In this document: positions 26,373 through 38,835 of the stretch, piece by piece
Position numbering within the stretch: position 1 is the stretch's first letter
Layout: each line of letters opens with the position of its first letter
NCBI GenBank assembly: GCA_024137785.1
Contig: JAHRHZ010000032.1
Span: 4,713,674 to 4,777,673 of the forward strand
Length of the DNA stretch: 64,000 nt
Reading direction: 5' to 3'
From: Ginglymostoma cirratum
Taxonomy: Eukaryota
The notes under the pieces: model-generated
What the model saw: only the letters and a program-made list of their open reading frames with translations
The model's database searches: none
Told to the model about the DNA's origin: nothing
Translations under genes and position numbers: made by a program

Positions 26373-26697
26373 CCCAAACAGACAGCACAATTGTTTCATC
26401 ATCAAATCCATTGTTGGCGCTGAAGCTGCACTTGTACATTCCTTCATCCCAAACATTAACATTCTTCAGAGTAAGAGATGCATCTCTTCTGTTGACTGAG
26501 AACCTGCAAATGCAGTTCTCTTGGTGTAGTTGTGTTGTTCACTGAAGTCATCCTGTCTCTGTACTCATAGATAGTTTGCTCTTCACCTACCCTCTTCCAG
26601 ATCACTATTGGGTTACTGCTGTCATGCCCCTCAAAGGTACATTTGAGAGTGACAAGTTTATCAATTCTGTATGAATATGCTGGTCACAAGAGCATTT
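26373..26697 (-). pseudogene. B7/butyrophilin-family V-set exon, frameshifted
   Basis: Pieces translate as RIDKLVTLKCTFEGHDSSNPIVIWKRVGEEQTIYEY, DDFSEQHNYTKRTAF and RDASLTLKNVNVWDEGMYKCSFSANNGFDDETIVLSVW|gt. DASLxLxNV..DEGxYxC is typical of CD276/VTCN1/HHLA2/BTN V domains. Confidence 0.8.
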
Positions 26698-26781
26698 AGA
26701 GATAGACAAAAAAGAAAAATGCATCACTAACATACTTATTCAAAGAAGCGCATGGATTAAATCTCCTGTGCCTGTCCAACA

Positions 26782-29700
26782 GGAGCGGCAGAGATGTCAC
26801 TGAGAGGAATTCTGGGAGATGGCACTGCAGTCACCGTGACCACTCTGAATATCTTGGAGGAAATGGTGTCAAGGAGTGGTTAAACCTGAAACACTACGTT
26901 AGTGTTCCCCTCACCCCCAACCCCTTCCACCTCCTCTAGCCAAAAAGAAAATCACTGTGTCATGTTGAGGCAATGTAAGATTTCTATTTTTTTTAAGCGT
27001 AAAAGATTCAGTTAAGGTGGTGATATGCTCCTCCTGTCAGATGCGGGATATCAGAGAGCAGTCTGGTGTGCCCGATAACTCCATCTGCAGGAAGTGTGAC
27101 CAGCTGCAGCTCCTCACAGACCGCGTGGTTTGGTTGGATACAGGCGGCGCATTCAGGGTCAGAGAGAGTGATTGATTCTACCTATAGGGAGGTGGTCACA
27201 CCACAGGTCCAGGCAGATGGGTGGGTGACCGCCAGGCGAGGCAGGCAGGTAGTTCAGGAGTCTCCTGTGGCTATTCCCTTTTCAAACAGGTATACTGTTT
27301 TGCATATTGTTGGGGGGGACAGCTTCTCAGGAGATTGTACTAGCAATAGCCAGACCTGTGCCACCCTGTAGAGCAGGACATGGCAATGTCTAGGTGAATG
27401 ATAGTAGAGGTTACTCAATATTCAGGGGCACAGACAGATGTTTCCGGGGCCGTGAATAAGACACTGGGATGGTGTGTTGCATCCCTCGTGCCAGGGTCCT
27501 TGATATCTTTGAGTGGGTACAGGACATCCTGAATCAGGAGGGAAAACAGCCAGGAATCATTGTCCACATTGGCACAAATGATATAGGTAGGAAGAAGGAA
27601 GAGGTCCGGCAAAGACAATTCAGGGAGTTAGGCAGGGAGCTAAAACGCAGGACTACCAGGGTAGTAATCTCAGGATTACTACCTGTGCCATGTGCTAGGG
27701 AAACTAAGAACAGAGAGAGAGTGAAGTTGAACGCGTGACTACAAGCTGGTGTAGAAGGGAGGGCTTTAGACATATGGATCATTAGGATGCCTTCTGGGGA
27801 AGGTGGGACCTGTACAGGAAGGATGCGTTGCACCTGAACTGGAGGAGCACCAATATCCTGGGCAGGTTTGCTAGAGCTCTTTGGGAGGGTTTAAACTAGT
27901 GTGGCAGGGGAACTGGGATACTATGCCAGTAATTGCAGGGACTGGGGACAAAAGTGTGACAGAGATATGCATGGCACAGAGTAAGAGCAGGCACAGGGAA
28001 GTTGCAGGGCTCAGAGGGACTGGAGGACTGGAGTGCATCTACTTCAATGCAAGAAGTATAGCAGGTAAATCAGATGAACTAAGAGCGTGGATTATTGCAT
28101 GGAATTATGATGTTATTGCCATTACAGAGACATGGTTAAAGGAGGGGCAGGACTGTCAGCTTAACATTCCTGGATATCGCTGTTTTAGAAGGGACAGAAA
28201 GGAAAACAAAATGGAGCGGGGGGAGTTGCATTGCTGATTAGGGATCACATCACAGCTGCGTTGCGGAAGGACACATTGGAGAGATCTTGCAGTGAGGCAT
28301 TATGGGTGGAGAGCAGGAATAGGAAGGGTGAAATCACAATGTTGGGAGTTTTCTATAGATCTCCCAACAGCCCATGGCAGACAGAGGAGCAAATATGCAG
28401 TCAGATACTGGAAAAGTGTGAAAAGAACAAGGTAGTTGTGGTGGGTGACTTCAACTTTCCTCTTATTGACTGGGAATCCCTCAGAGCCAGGGGCTCGGAT
28501 AGAGAGCAATTTGTTAGTTGTGTCCAGGAGGGCTTTTTGAGGCAGTATGTTGACAATCCAACCAAAGAGGAGGCATATTAGACTTGGTCATGGGGAATGA
28601 GCCAGGACAGGTGATTGATGTTTCAGTAGGAGAGCATTTCGGGCATAGTGACCATAACTCCATAAGATTGAATAGTCATGGATAATGACACAAGTGGCCC
28701 TCCGGTGATGGTGCTTAATTGGGCGAAAGCCGATTACACCCAAATTAGACAGGAACTGGAGAATGTGGATTGGAAGCAGTTATATGAGGGCAAATCTACC
28801 TCTGGCATATGGGAGGCTTTTAAAGACCAGTTGACTAAAGTGCAGGACATGCATGTCCCTGCAAAATTAAAGGATAGGAATAGCAGGATTCAGGAACCAA
28901 TGATGACAAGGGAAATTGTAAGGTTAGTCAAAAGAAAAAGGGAAGCATATGACATATTTAGGGAACTATAAACTGACAAAGCCCTGGAGGAGTACTGAGA
29001 AATTAGGAAGGAACTTAAATGCGCAATTAGGAAGGCAAAAAGGAGCCATGAAATGTCTTTAGCAAACAGGGTCAAGTAGAACGACAAGGCTTTTCATGCA
29101 TATGTTAGGAGAAAGAGGGTATCGAGGGAAACAGTGGGCCTATCAAGTACGAAGACGGGAAGCTATATATAGAGCCACAGGAAGTGGGGGAGATCCTGAA
29201 TGAGTACTTTGTATCGGTTTTCATCAAAGAGAAGGACATGACTAATGTTGAGATCAGGGATGAGCGTGTGAATACTCTAGAGAATGTCAACATAATGAAA
29301 GAGGAAGTTTTAGGAATCCTAAATTCCATTAAGATAGACAAGTCCCCAGGACCAGATGGGCTCTACCCCAGATTACTCAGAGAGGCAAGGGAGGAAATAG
29401 CTGGGGCATTGGCAGATATCTTCACATCCTCATTGATCACAGGTGAAATTTCAGAGGACTGGAGATTAGCCAAAGTTGTTCCCTTGTTTAAGAAATGATG
29501 CAAGGATAATCCAGGAAACTGTAGGCCAGTGAGTTTGATGTCTGTGGTGAGGAAGCTCTTGGAGAAGATACTGAGGGACAAAATATATGCGTATTTGGAG
29601 GAAAATGGACTAGGTAGTGACATGCAGCATGGTTTTGTCAGGGGAAGGTCATTGAAATTTATAAAGAAGTAACGAGGATAATTGATGAGGAAAGGGCTGT

Positions 29701-30884
29701 GGATGTAGTTTATACGGACTTTAGTAAGGCATTTGATAAAGTCCCACATGGCAGGTTGGTACAAAAACAAGGGAGTCGGGGTGGCCTGGCTAAATAGATA
29801 GAAAACTGGCTTGGTCATTGAAGACAGAGAGTAGTGGTGTAAGGATGTTTTTCAGAATGGACACTGGTAACTAGTGGTGTTCCACAGTAGTCAGTCTTAG
29901 GTCTTTTGTTGTTGTATATATAAATGAGCTGGAGGAAAATGTGGGTGCTCTGATAATCAAATTTGCCGATGACACAAAGATTGGTGGAGTTGCTGATAGT
30001 GCCAACGATTGTGAAAGGATACAACAGGATATAGATAGATTGGTGACTTGGGCACAGAAATGGCAGATGGAGTTTAATCCAGCCAAATGCAAGGTGATGC
30101 ATTTTGGAGGATCAAATTTAGATGTGAATTATATTGTAAATGGTAGAATCCTTAGGAACACTAACATTCAGACAGATCTGGGCATGCAGGTCCACAGTTC
30201 CCTGAAAGTGGCAACACAGGTGACCAAGGCGATTAAGAAGGCATATGGCATGCTTGCCTTCATTGCCAGGGGCGTGGAGTACAAGAGTTGGCAAAACATG
30301 TTGCAGCTGTACAAAACCCTTGTTCGGCCACATATGGAGTATTGTGTGCAGTTTTCATCACCACATTACCTGTAGGATGTGGAAGCTTTGGGGAGAGTAT
30401 AGAGAAGGTTCACCAGGGTGTTGCCCAGTCTTGAGGGCATTGGCAATGAGGAAAGGTTAAAAACACTAGGATTGTTTTCACTGGAAAGACAGAGGTTGAG
30501 AGGAGACCTCATGGAAGTCTACAAAATTATGAGAAGCATAGATAGGGTGGATGGTCAGAGCCTTTTTCCCAGGGTTGAAGTTTCAATTACTACGGGGCAC
30601 AGGTTCAAGGTCAGAGGAGGAAAGTTTAAGGGAGATGTGCAAGGGAGGTTTTTCACACAGAGAGTGGTAGCAGCCTGGAATGCCCTACCAGAGGAGATGG
30701 TGGAAGTGGGCACATTGAAGACATTGAAGGGGGACCTAGAAGGGTACATGAATAGGGAGGGAATAGAGGGACATGGATCGAAAAGTGGCAAGTTTGTTTT
30801 TAGATTAATTAGGGCATGATGGTCAGCACAGACTTGGAGGGCTGAAGGGCCTGTTCCTGTGCAGTACTTTTTCATTTGTTCAAT
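26782..30884 (+). mobile_element. Near-full-length CR1 LINE (ORF1 zinc finger + SGNH esterase; ORF2 APE + RT), inactivated
   Basis: ORF1 CSSC...CRKC and IVHIGTNDIGR; ORF2 YFNARSI, IAITETWL, GDFNFP, KSPGPDG and KFADDTK. Degenerate TSD tgtccaaca / tgttcgaca. Confidence 0.92.
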
Positions 30885-30925
30885 TGTTCGACATAAATAT
30901 GGCGATATGACAGTTTTGTGAGAAC

Positions 30926-30963
30926 AGTTCTGAGGAAGGGTCCCCGGGCCGGAAACGTTAACT
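30926..30963 (+). ncRNA. Minimal hammerhead ribozyme with intact stem I
   Basis: AGUU-CUGAGGA-A-GGGUCCCCGGGCCG-GAAAC-GUU-AACU; AGUU pairs with AACU. Confidence 0.65.
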
Positions 30964-31566
30964 CTGTTTTCTCCTTCACAGATGCTGCCAGACCTGCTGA
31001 GCTTTTCCAGCAACTTTGTTTTTGCGCTTGAAGGACTTGTTCATAATCAATCAGCAGAACATATAAATGTTCATCTAGACTTAAAGTTATTCAAAAAACA
31101 AAACTATCTACAAAAATACGTTGAATATAACTCACATTACGTCTCAATTTTGTTCAATATTCACGCGAAACAATGATTCCCAGGTCTGTACAAACACGAA
31201 CACAAACTGCTCTGCAGCCCTCCCAGAACTGGGTGTAAAGTCTTATTGAAACTCAACTTTGGAGCCCTTCACTTGTGTCTAAGCAATATTTAGATAATTT
31301 AGAAGTTAGAAATAACGACCGCGCCTTAAACCAGACTAACAGCTAATCCGTTTTAACAGGAAACCATTCGAAACCTCAAAATTGAAATCCAGTATTGGAT
31401 TTATCTCAAGGTTTGTGTGTTAAATTAACTTGAGCGAGTTCTCATTTGTATATCAGGCACATGGTTTATGCCAAGAGCGCTAGTGATCAGATACATACAG
31501 GATGTGAAATGTCTTCCTACTTTTAAATAGATCGTGACCAAGTGCTAAAGTGAATTACAAACCCCA

Positions 31567-31588
31567 GAAAGAGAAACGGAACTGAAAC
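31567..31588. promoter_or_regulatory. IRF element plus EICE upstream of B7-like copy 2
   Basis: GAAAgaGAAAcGGAActGAAAC at the position paralogous to 1665-1686; conserved donor gtgagt at 31130-31135. Confidence 0.55.
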
Positions 31589-31778
31589 AAACGTTGAATC
31601 GTTGACTGTTATCATTTTTATTTCAAAATTACAACATTCCCAGTATTCGAGATTTTGCTCAAATTAGAATATTCACACATTTTCATTGATAGGAGGAAGG
31701 TTCCCGCGTGAGTTCAGGAGCCGGAATTCCTCACTCATTTATAATTAATTCCATTCATCTAATGGTAATAGGGTCAAT

Positions 31779-32445
31779 ACAGCATGGAGCTGGAGGAACT
31801 TAGCAGGTCAGGCAGCATCAGAGGAATATGGGGGTCAACATTTCCGGCCGGACCCTTCATCAGGCCTGGGGTGGGGGAAGAGAGCTCGGAAATAAATAGA
31901 GGGTAGGGCTGGCGAAGGTAGGTGGCATGGGGATAAGTGGATGCAGGTTGGGTGTGGTGGGGATTGGTCAGTGGGATTGGTGGGAGAGAAGATGGACAGG
32001 TTGTCTAAGGTCAAGGAGGCGGGGATAAGAGGGAGGGTTGGACGTTGGATAAGGCCAAGAGTGGGGAGATTTTGAAACTCGTGAATTCTATGTTCAGGCC
32101 ATCGGGCTGTAGGCTCCAGAGGTGTAATATGAGGTGTTGCTCCTCCAGTTTGAGTGTGGTGTAATTATGCCACTGGAGGAGGCCCAGGATGGACATGTTC
32201 CTAAGGGAATGGGAGGGGGAGATAAAATGGTTCAGGACCAGAAGGTGTTGTTGATTGTAGCATACAGAAAAAGCTGCTCCGGAAATCGGTCACGGAGTCT
32301 ATGTTTGGCCTCACCGACCACATCAGGAGCATTGGATACAGTAGACCAGGTTGGCGGATGTACAGGTGAATCCCTGTCAGGTATGGAAAATTTGTCTTGG
32401 ACCTTGAATGGAGGTGAGAGGTGAGGTGTAACACCTCCTGCTCTC
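31779..32445 (-). mobile_element. Truncated Penelope-like element (GIY-YIG end and terminal repeat)
   Basis: MSILGLLQW..LEEQHLILHL..LQPDGLNIEF; TSD agggtcaat at 31770-31778 and 32446-32454; empty site at 1874-1890 in the paralogous block. Confidence 0.85.
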
Positions 32446-34029
32446 AGGGTCAATTTTCCAGATTTGTCCATCACTTTAGCACTTGTTTCTCACACAAAAT
32501 GTCAAGTGAAATGAAATTTATTCAAAGGAGCACATTTGAAGATTTCATGGATATACCGTAAAACCATGTGACATTGAAGCAGAAATTGGCCATTCAGCCT
32601 ATCGAGGGCATGTGACATTATTTAATGGAATCATGGTTGATCTGATAACACTCAAACCCTCAAAAAAGTTGTCAATCTCAGCCTTGAATATATTGAACTA
32701 CCCAACCTGAACAGTTGTGTGGTAAAATAAATTCCACAGGTTCATGACCGTTTAAGAGGAGAAACTATTCATATTTGTCTTAAATGTGTGCACCCTTATT
32801 TTGAGATTATGCCCTCTGATCCAACATCTTCCACAAGGGGAAATACATTTCCACATCTATTGTGTCAAGTCCTTAAGAATCCTGTATGTTTCAATGAGGT
32901 TACTTTCCATTTTTCTTTTTTTCCAATGAGTTCAGGGTCCACCTAATCAGCCTGTCTTCAAAAGACAGTCTGTGCATAGTTGGTAACAATTCAGTGAACA
33001 TTCTCTGGACTTCCTCCAATGCCAATATATCGCTCGACAAAAAGAAAACCAAAAGAACAGCAGATGTTGGAAATCTGAAACAAAAACAGAAATTGCTAGA
33101 AAATCTCAGCAGGTCTGGCAGCATTTGTGGAGAAAAATCAGAGTTAACGTATTGGCTGTGGCTTCTGCAGTCTTTCTACATGAAAATAATATTCAGCTTC
33201 CTGCCAATGTGCATAACCTCACATTTTCCCACTTTATGTGTTCCATGTGCCAACTTTTTCCTTTGGTCTAGCCTGTCAATAACCTTCTGTAGACTTTGTA
33301 TCTCATATTCATCACTTGTCTTCCCATTTATTTTTGACTCATCCACAAACTTGGCTAAAGTACATTTACGGCTCATCTCTGTCATTAATATATTTAGTGA
33401 ATTCCTGTGCCCTTATCGCACTTCACTAGTTACAGGTTAAGGATCCCCTTATCCCAATCTTTTGTCTTTCTACTAGTTAAGCCTCTGTCCATAATATATT
33501 ATTTATATGGTACCTTGAACACCATGGTCTCATTATGTAGCCTAATGTGTTGTCGCTTTTCAAATGCTGCCTTAAAATCCAAATATCTCACATCTATTGC
33601 TTCCCCTTTATTTATCCTGCTTGTTACCTCTGAACATTAAATCTTACAAAACTAGGAATGCATATAAATTAATGACTATTTTTTCAAATTTTCATCAATC
33701 CAATTACTTGTTAAAGATGATACCAAGAATTCTAATGCATCGGATCCAGTGACCCTTCTTCAGAACCTTCATTACAGTACCAGATAAAGGTGTTTCAAAT
33801 ATTGAAACAAGCACAATGAATTTTCATGCTGTAATATTTTGCAGTACATGTTTCCTACGTCTTTCAATACTGTGAAGAAGAGCAGATTAACCTCTTTCCT
33901 TTCACAGCTACTGAAGCCATACTTTGATTTCTTTTTCCTCTACCCAACAGATATATTTCTTTTGCACAAATTTTATAATAGTCGGTAAAGATACCTTGAG
34001 CATCAACATTAATCTAGAAATAAACTTAC

Positions 34030-34298
34030 CTTTGAATTTGACTCAAGCATACTCCGACTCTGCCATCCACTTGTACTGTATAGAACGGATATACTTATTT
34101 GCAAAATCATGCAAAGTCACATACATATTCCCCTGTTGTCTGTGGTCACGTTTGCTTCAATAACTTCATTCAAATCCTTACCAACTTTCTGTTTCCAACT
34201 AATCACTGGTTCTGGGTAGAAGCCTGAAGATTGGCAAGTCAGCATGTTATGATTATGGCCATCACTCTTCCAGAAGATATAGATACTTTCAGTATATA
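34030..34298 (-). pseudogene. B7/BTN-like IgC exon, orphan and decayed
   Basis: IFWKSDGHNHNMLTCQSSGFYPEPVISWKQKVGKDLNEVIEANVTTDNRG ... YIRSIQYKWMAESEYA*VKFK|gtaagt. Acceptor AG appears mutated to AA and the second Cys to Arg. Confidence 0.8.
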
Positions 34299-36680
34299 TT
34301 GGTAAGAAAATAAATATGGATAATAGTTGGCAATTTTTAGCATGCCATTCTATATGGATCTATATAGATAACTCTAAACTGTTTTAGAATGTGATAGTTT
34401 TCATAACAGCTGAGAACACATATTTAAGAGATTCCATATTCTGTGGTTAAAAATGTAAGTTTCATTTATTCCAGAGTAAAAACAGGATGTAACTACTAGG
34501 CATAGGTTGAGTGATACATGGTGGAATTATTGGCTTTAAATTAAATAAAAGCACCTGAGAATCATAGAGGATTACAGACATGGTGTCATGCAGACTCAAC
34601 AGCCCTCTGTAGTAAAAATTCCACAGATTCACTGAGAGACAAGAGAGAAGAGTTTTTTTTTACATCTGTCTTAAATGTGTGACGCATTATTCTCTTATGC
34701 TGTTTGATTATGCTGTTTAGTGCTAGACTGTGCCACAAGGGGAAACAATCTTTAAAAGTCGCCTTAGGACCTTGTACATTTCAATCAGATTGCCTCTCAT
34801 TCTTCTGTATTCCACTGAGTGCAGGGCCAATCTACATGACGTATTCTCATAATACAGTCCCTCTATACTTGGTATCAGCCTTGTGAACCTTCTCTAGACT
34901 GCCTCCAATGCCAATAGATCTTTCTTTTTATAAGGGGCCGTAAACTGCACACGGTATTCCAACTGTGGTCTGACTAGTCCCTTGTATAGTTTTAGCAAAA
35001 CCACCCAAACTTTATTTTCTGTTCCTTTAAATAAAGGCCACATTCCATTTGACTTCCCACTGCACTTGGATGCTAGCTTTATGTGATTCATGGGCGATGA
35101 CTTTCAAATCTCTGCGTAGCGTTCTGCTATCTTTTTCCATTTAAATACTTTCCAGCTACTCTCCTCTTCCTCCCCCTTATCCCCTCAAATAATTTGATTA
35201 AATTTGTCAGGGATGGATTTCCCCTCATGAAGCCCTGATGGCTCTGCCTGATGATGGTATGGATTTAGAGTCATAGTGCTGTGCAGCTTGGAAACGGACC
35301 CTTCGGTCCGACTCGTCCATGCCGACCAGATATCCAAAATTAATCTAGTCCCATTTTACAGCTTTTGGCCCATATTTTTCCTATTCATATACTGACCCAA
35401 ATGTCTTTTAAATGTTGTAATTTTAACAGCCTCCATCACTTCCTATGGTAGCTCATCCCAAACACACACCACCACCTTCATGAAAATGTTGCCCCTTAGG
35501 TCCTTTTTAAATATTTCCCCTCTCACTTTAAATCTATGCCCTCTAGTTTTGGACTTCACTACCCTAGGGAAAAGACCTTGGCTATTCAACCTATCTATGC
35601 CCCTCATGATTTTATAAACTTCTATAAAGTCACCCCTCAATCTCTGATGCTCTATGGAAAATAGCCCCAGCCTATTCAGTCTCTCCCTGTAGCTCAAACC
35701 CATTTCTAAACGGTTTCCTATTTCATTCTTCATAATAGACTCATATTCCTCATAATAATGTTACCCCAATAATATATGTTAACCTAAATGGCCTCTAGCT
35801 ACCGCTCTAATTATCAGTTAGTCTGCCATTACACACTACCTATTATTAGTCACTAACTGTCCCCATGAACATCTATTCAACCATCTAGCCAGATCATTAA
35901 CAACTCCTTTGTCTATCCAACTGCTCTGTTTGCGCTCTGTAACCACCTATTGTTTACTCCTTACCTCCTCCCTATCTTCTGCATATAAACCAACATTTTC
36001 CTACCCACCATCAGTTCTGAGGAAGGGTCACCACACCCAAAATGTTAACTCTGATTTTTCTTCACAAATGCTGAGAAACCTGCTGAGCTTTTCCAGCAAC
36101 TTTTGTTTTTGTTCAGTCACATTTCTGTAGGTCTGGAGTCACGTGTAGACCAGACCAGGTAATGATGGCAGTTTTCTTCCCTAAGAACTAGATGGGTTTT
36201 TCCCCAAAAATACCTGAATGAATACTGGTTGGTAGCTTATTGGACTATGGAATGATTAGATCAGAGTTAAGCATGTGCCTATCCTTCCCTTCTATCTACA
36301 AGTGCTTTCAGGAGGAGTGAGTAGCAGTGTAGCAAATAGGACTGAGAATATTAGCTAACCTTCTCTGCTTGAGGAATACTGAGTCCAATTTCCAGCTAAT
36401 TGAAACTAAGTAGGACAAGACATACTACGACATACAATACATTATAAGAACTCATGCCACTAATGAGACTGTCTTCACTTAATTAGAGAAATGTGTCTTT
36501 TGAGTGTAATTCATAGTTTCTCTCCATTTAATGCTTTATCAACAATGACAAATGTTTCACAGCAGGCCAAGCAGCATCGTAGGAGCAGGAAAGCTTGACG
36601 TTTCGGGCCTAGACCCTTCATCAGAAATTTCTGATTTCTGATGAAGGGTCTAGGCCCGAAACGTCAAGCTTTCCTGCTCC

Positions 36681-37080
36681 NNNNNNNNNNNNNNNNNNNN
36701 NNNNNNNNNNNNNNNNNNNNNNNNNNNNNNNNNNNNNNNNNNNNNNNNNNNNNNNNNNNNNNNNNNNNNNNNNNNNNNNNNNNNNNNNNNNNNNNNNNNN
36801 NNNNNNNNNNNNNNNNNNNNNNNNNNNNNNNNNNNNNNNNNNNNNNNNNNNNNNNNNNNNNNNNNNNNNNNNNNNNNNNNNNNNNNNNNNNNNNNNNNNN
36901 NNNNNNNNNNNNNNNNNNNNNNNNNNNNNNNNNNNNNNNNNNNNNNNNNNNNNNNNNNNNNNNNNNNNNNNNNNNNNNNNNNNNNNNNNNNNNNNNNNNN
37001 NNNNNNNNNNNNNNNNNNNNNNNNNNNNNNNNNNNNNNNNNNNNNNNNNNNNNNNNNNNNNNNNNNNNNNNNNNNNNNNN
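36681..37080. other. Assembly gap (400 N)
   Basis: Run of N. Confidence 1.
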
Positions 37081-37087
37081 GAAATTT

Positions 37088-37115
37088 CTGATGAAGGGTC
37101 TAGGCCCGAAACGTC
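37088..37115 (+). ncRNA. Minimal hammerhead ribozyme core (others at 36638-36665 +, 36597-36624 -, 3672-3699 -, 16639-16666 -, 45591-45618 -)
   Basis: CUGAUGA-A-GGGUCUAGGCCC-GAAAC-GUC. Confidence 0.7.
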
Positions 37116-38753
37116 AAGCTTTCCTGCTCCTATGATGCTGCTTGGCCTGCTGTGTTCATCCAGCCCCACACCTTGTTATCTCGGATTCTCCAGCATCTGC
37201 AGTACCTTTTATCTCATGACAAATGTTTCAGTTTGATAACATTATTGTTAAATATGAATTTATTAGCAGATAACGTGTAAACATATTGGAAGCAGTTCAA
37301 AGAAGTTTACTACATGAATATCTGAAATGTGTGGGCTCTTTATGAGGAAGGATTGGACAGGCTAGATTTTGATTACCGGAGTTTAGAAGAGGAAAGGGTG
37401 ACTTGATTGAGACATACAAGATCCTTGACAGATAGAATATGGGAAAGGATGTTTCCACTTGTGGGAAAATCTAGAGTAAAGGATCATTGGTTAGAGATAA
37501 TGGATCATTAATCTAAGATAAAGGATTTTCTTTTTCTCCCAGAGTCTTTGGATTTCTCTTCCTGAAAAGGCACTGAAAAGTCTTTGAATATTTTGTAAGT
37601 AGAATTGGATAGGTAAACAATAAAGTGATAAGTTTTTAGGGGGTAGTTGGGTATGTGGAGTTGAGGTTACAATCAGATCAGCAATGATCTTATTGAATGG
37701 CAGAGAAGGCAAATGGGCAATTCCTTCTCCTATGTGTATAGCTCAAGTGTTTGTACGTATCAAGGACATTATATAGTTTAAGCGCAGGTAATTTCACGAA
37801 AAAAAATTCAGGGGATAATTAGGTACAGGTTGAGAAATTAATAAGGAGTGCAATAGAATGATGGGAATTGCAAGTGATAAGCAGGGAGGAGTGGAGAAGG
37901 GGTTTAGTTCACATTGTGGGAAAGTTTAAGAGAGTCAATGGCCTAGTGGTAGTATTGCTGGACTGTTAATCCAGAGACCCAGATAATGTTCTGGGGACCT
38001 GGGTATGAATGCTGCCTTGGCTGATGACAGAATTTGAATTCAATTTAAAAAATCTGGAATTAACAGTTTAATGATGACCATTGTAGATTGACAGGAAAAC
38101 CCATCTGGTACACTAATGTCCTTTAAGAAAGGAAACTGCCATCCTGGTCTGGCCTAGCAATGTGGTTAATGCTTAAGTGCCCTCCAGGGCACTTCGGGAT
38201 GGGCAATAAATTCTGGCCCAGCCAGTAATGCCCACATTTCATAAATGGATTAACAGAAAATTTGCTGCTGAGTCTCAATATTGCTCTTAATTGTAGGGAT
38301 CATGAGGTTTAATTTTGATATCAGTGGGGATTGGGTTCTAACTGGGTCATCAACTCTGTTTATATTCCTAGAACTGTCATATGATATTGCTGATATGCTG
38401 TTTAACCATATGAGACTTGACCATGTGACAGTTGCTTCTTCTTTCCAGATGTTATTCAATTATATCTTAGTATCGGCCTGTTGTATAATGTATTTTGTTC
38501 TTGGAGTCAGGCAGCTTTGATACTTCTGTCTAATGACTGGCCCTCATCTCCCTGAAGCTGGCTTTCTGCAGTAGAGTGTAAAAGGTAGTGAACTGTGTTC
38601 AGCTTGGGTTCTCCATACAAAAGCCGTGAAAGGTAATAAAATTGTAGAACACTTTGACTGCAAATCACTTACATCAATTGCATTTTTGAAAATCAGGGAA
38701 AATTTACTTACAGTTTCTCATTGCAGGCCTGTGAAAGCATCACTATAGTAGAA

Positions 38754-38835
38754 TTTATTTAAACATTACTTATTCTTAACTGTTTTATTCTTTCGAGTTC
38801 CTCCTTTTATGTATAAATCATGTTGCTCACCGGGC
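38754..38835 (-). other. Candidate terminal exon of the VJ receptor (GPVSNMIYT* if read through) with polyadenylation signals
   Basis: Acceptor ttttgttttaag; phase-1 frame ends TAA at 38807-38809; AATAAA on the minus strand at 38784-38789 and 38754-38759. Confidence 0.5.

Larger units (their letters stand above)
26740..35800 (+). repeat. Segmental duplication, copy 2, expanded by later CR1 and PLE insertions
   Basis: Colinear with 445-5050 once the CR1 at 26782-30884 and the PLE at 31779-32445 are removed. Confidence 0.85.
36560..37215. mobile_element. PLE terminal-repeat hairpin spanning the assembly gap
   Basis: TSD atgacaaatgtttca at 36545-36559 and 37216-37230; three intact hammerhead cores. 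Confidence 0.85.

Noticed and set aside
36621-37169. ORFs of 164 and 182 aa
   Set aside because: Artefacts of translating through the N gap.
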